From: Macrostomum hystrix
Lineage: Eukaryota > Animalia > Platyhelminthes
DNA length: 64,000 bases
NCBI GenBank assembly: GCA_950097015.1
Contig: CATNEN010000038.1
Span: 9,982,001-10,046,000, forward strand
Direction of reading: 5' to 3'
Below are positions 62,644 through 64,000 of this stretch, piece after piece. A model generated the notes under the pieces. The model saw only the letters and a program-made list of their open reading frames with translations. It ran no database searches and was not told the origin of the DNA. The first letter of the stretch is position 1; every line of letters starts with the position of its first letter. The position numbers were made by a program, and so were the translations under genes.

Positions 62644-63043
62644 GTGGTTCCAGGTCTACCCTAGTCCAGGGACTGAAAGTTAACCACTGTATATCTGGCC
62701 CAAGTGGGTTAGTCCCTTAACTATACAAATTGCTCGGATTCAATTGTATATTAAGACTTGTTAAAGTATAATTTACTCGAGTTTAATCAGTCTGTAGTAC
62801 TATGGTCTTCCGCTACGTATGGTCTATTTTGTGTGCCTTATAAAGTGCAAAAATTTATTGTGCAATTATTTCTACTTCAAATAGGTGATGCATGTTTTTT
62901 AAGGCGTAATCACACTTTTATGTATGTGCCTTTAATTATTATCCAGCTGTTGCTTATAAAAACGTGTATAACAGTTTTTATGGTATTGTTTTTGCTTTTA
63001 AATTTCTTCCCTAAGTCACAATTTTTCATTTGACTATACATTT

Positions 63044-63780
63044 TGGCGACGGCGAGAGAGATCATAGAAAGGGCGATGGCGAGAGAGATCGGAGAAATGC
63101 CGACGGTGAAAAAGATATAAGAGAAATGCCTACAGTGAAATAAGGTCAGAGAAAGGGCGATGGCGAGAGAGATCATAGAAAGGGCGACGGCGAGAGAGAT
63201 CGGAGAAATGCCGACGGTGGAAAATATATCAGAGAAATGCCTACGGTGAAATAAGGTCAGAGAAAGGGCGACGGCGACAGAATCTGAGAAAGGGCGATGG
63301 CGAGAGAGATCAGAGAAATGCCGACGGCGAGAGAGATCAGAGAAATGCCGACGGTGAAATAAGGTCAGAGAAAGGGCGACGGCGACAGAATCTGAGAAAG
63401 GGCGATGGCGAGAGAGATCAGAGAAATGCCGACGGTGAAATAAGGTCAGAGAAAGGGCGACGGCGACAGAATCTGAGAAAGGGCGATGGCGAGAGAGATC
63501 AGAGAAATGCCGACGGCGAGAGAGATCAGAGAAATGCCGACGGTGAAATAAGGTCAGAGAAAGGGCGACGGCGACAGAATCTGAGAAAGGGCGATGGCGA
63601 GAGAGATCAGAGAAATGCCGACGGCGAAAGAGAAATCACAGAAATGCCGTCGGCGAGACATCAGGGTAAGGGCGACGGCGAGAGAGAGATCATAGAAATG
63701 TCGACGGCGAAATAGAGATCAGAGAAATGTCTACGGCGAAATAAAGATTAGAGAAGTGCCGACGGCGAGAGAGATTTCGA
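63044..63780. repeat. Purine-rich composite repeat (GGCGACGGCGAGAGAGATCAGAGAAAT-type units)
   Basis: Read directly; units of about 23-26 bp in recurring blocks. Confidence 0.92.
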
Positions 63781-64000
63781 TCATGGTCATGCAATCTGAA
63801 ATCGTCGTGTGTCATTTTTTGTAACGGCGATGTTGAAATGTCACAAATCGTTTTAAATCTTTCACTTTTTTTGGTGTCGAGTATTATTAACGCTTAAAGC
63901 ATTGAGTTTAAGCTAAACGTTTATTATCTCATAAGCATGCGGTTATATTTGTCCCTATTGACATTCATTTTTCTGTTATTTTACACCTCATAGCTTGCAT

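Overview
Eukaryotic (metazoan) genomic DNA, with spliceosomal introns, GC-rich exons and very dense 15-64 bp tandem arrays, SINEs and small DNA transposons. This composition resembles the flatworm Macrostomum, which is an inference from the sequence and was not verified. Six protein genes were reconstructed by hand with consistent splice phases: (1) a secreted multi-CUB protein (- strand, runs off the left edge); (2) an 11-exon class C GPCR of the GPR158/GPR179/Smog family (-, 860 aa, one GC-AG intron); (3) NSF (+, 9 exons, 743 aa); (4) a highly diverged, compact Treslin/TICRR/Sld3-like gene (-); (5) an intronless CRCP/RPC9 (+); (6) an intronless Roadblock/LC7 dynein light chain (+). Mobile DNA includes two tRNA-derived SINE families (one with a CORE-like domain, one with a structured 3' tail), an internally deleted IS630-Tc1-mariner element with IR/DR ends, foldback and P-like MITEs with 7-8 bp TSDs (some nested), and a candidate solo LTR packed with MEF2, CRE, AP-1 and E-box sites. 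Most long ORFs in the supplied track are artefacts of tandem repeats. No CRISPR array, rRNA or genuine tRNA gene was found.
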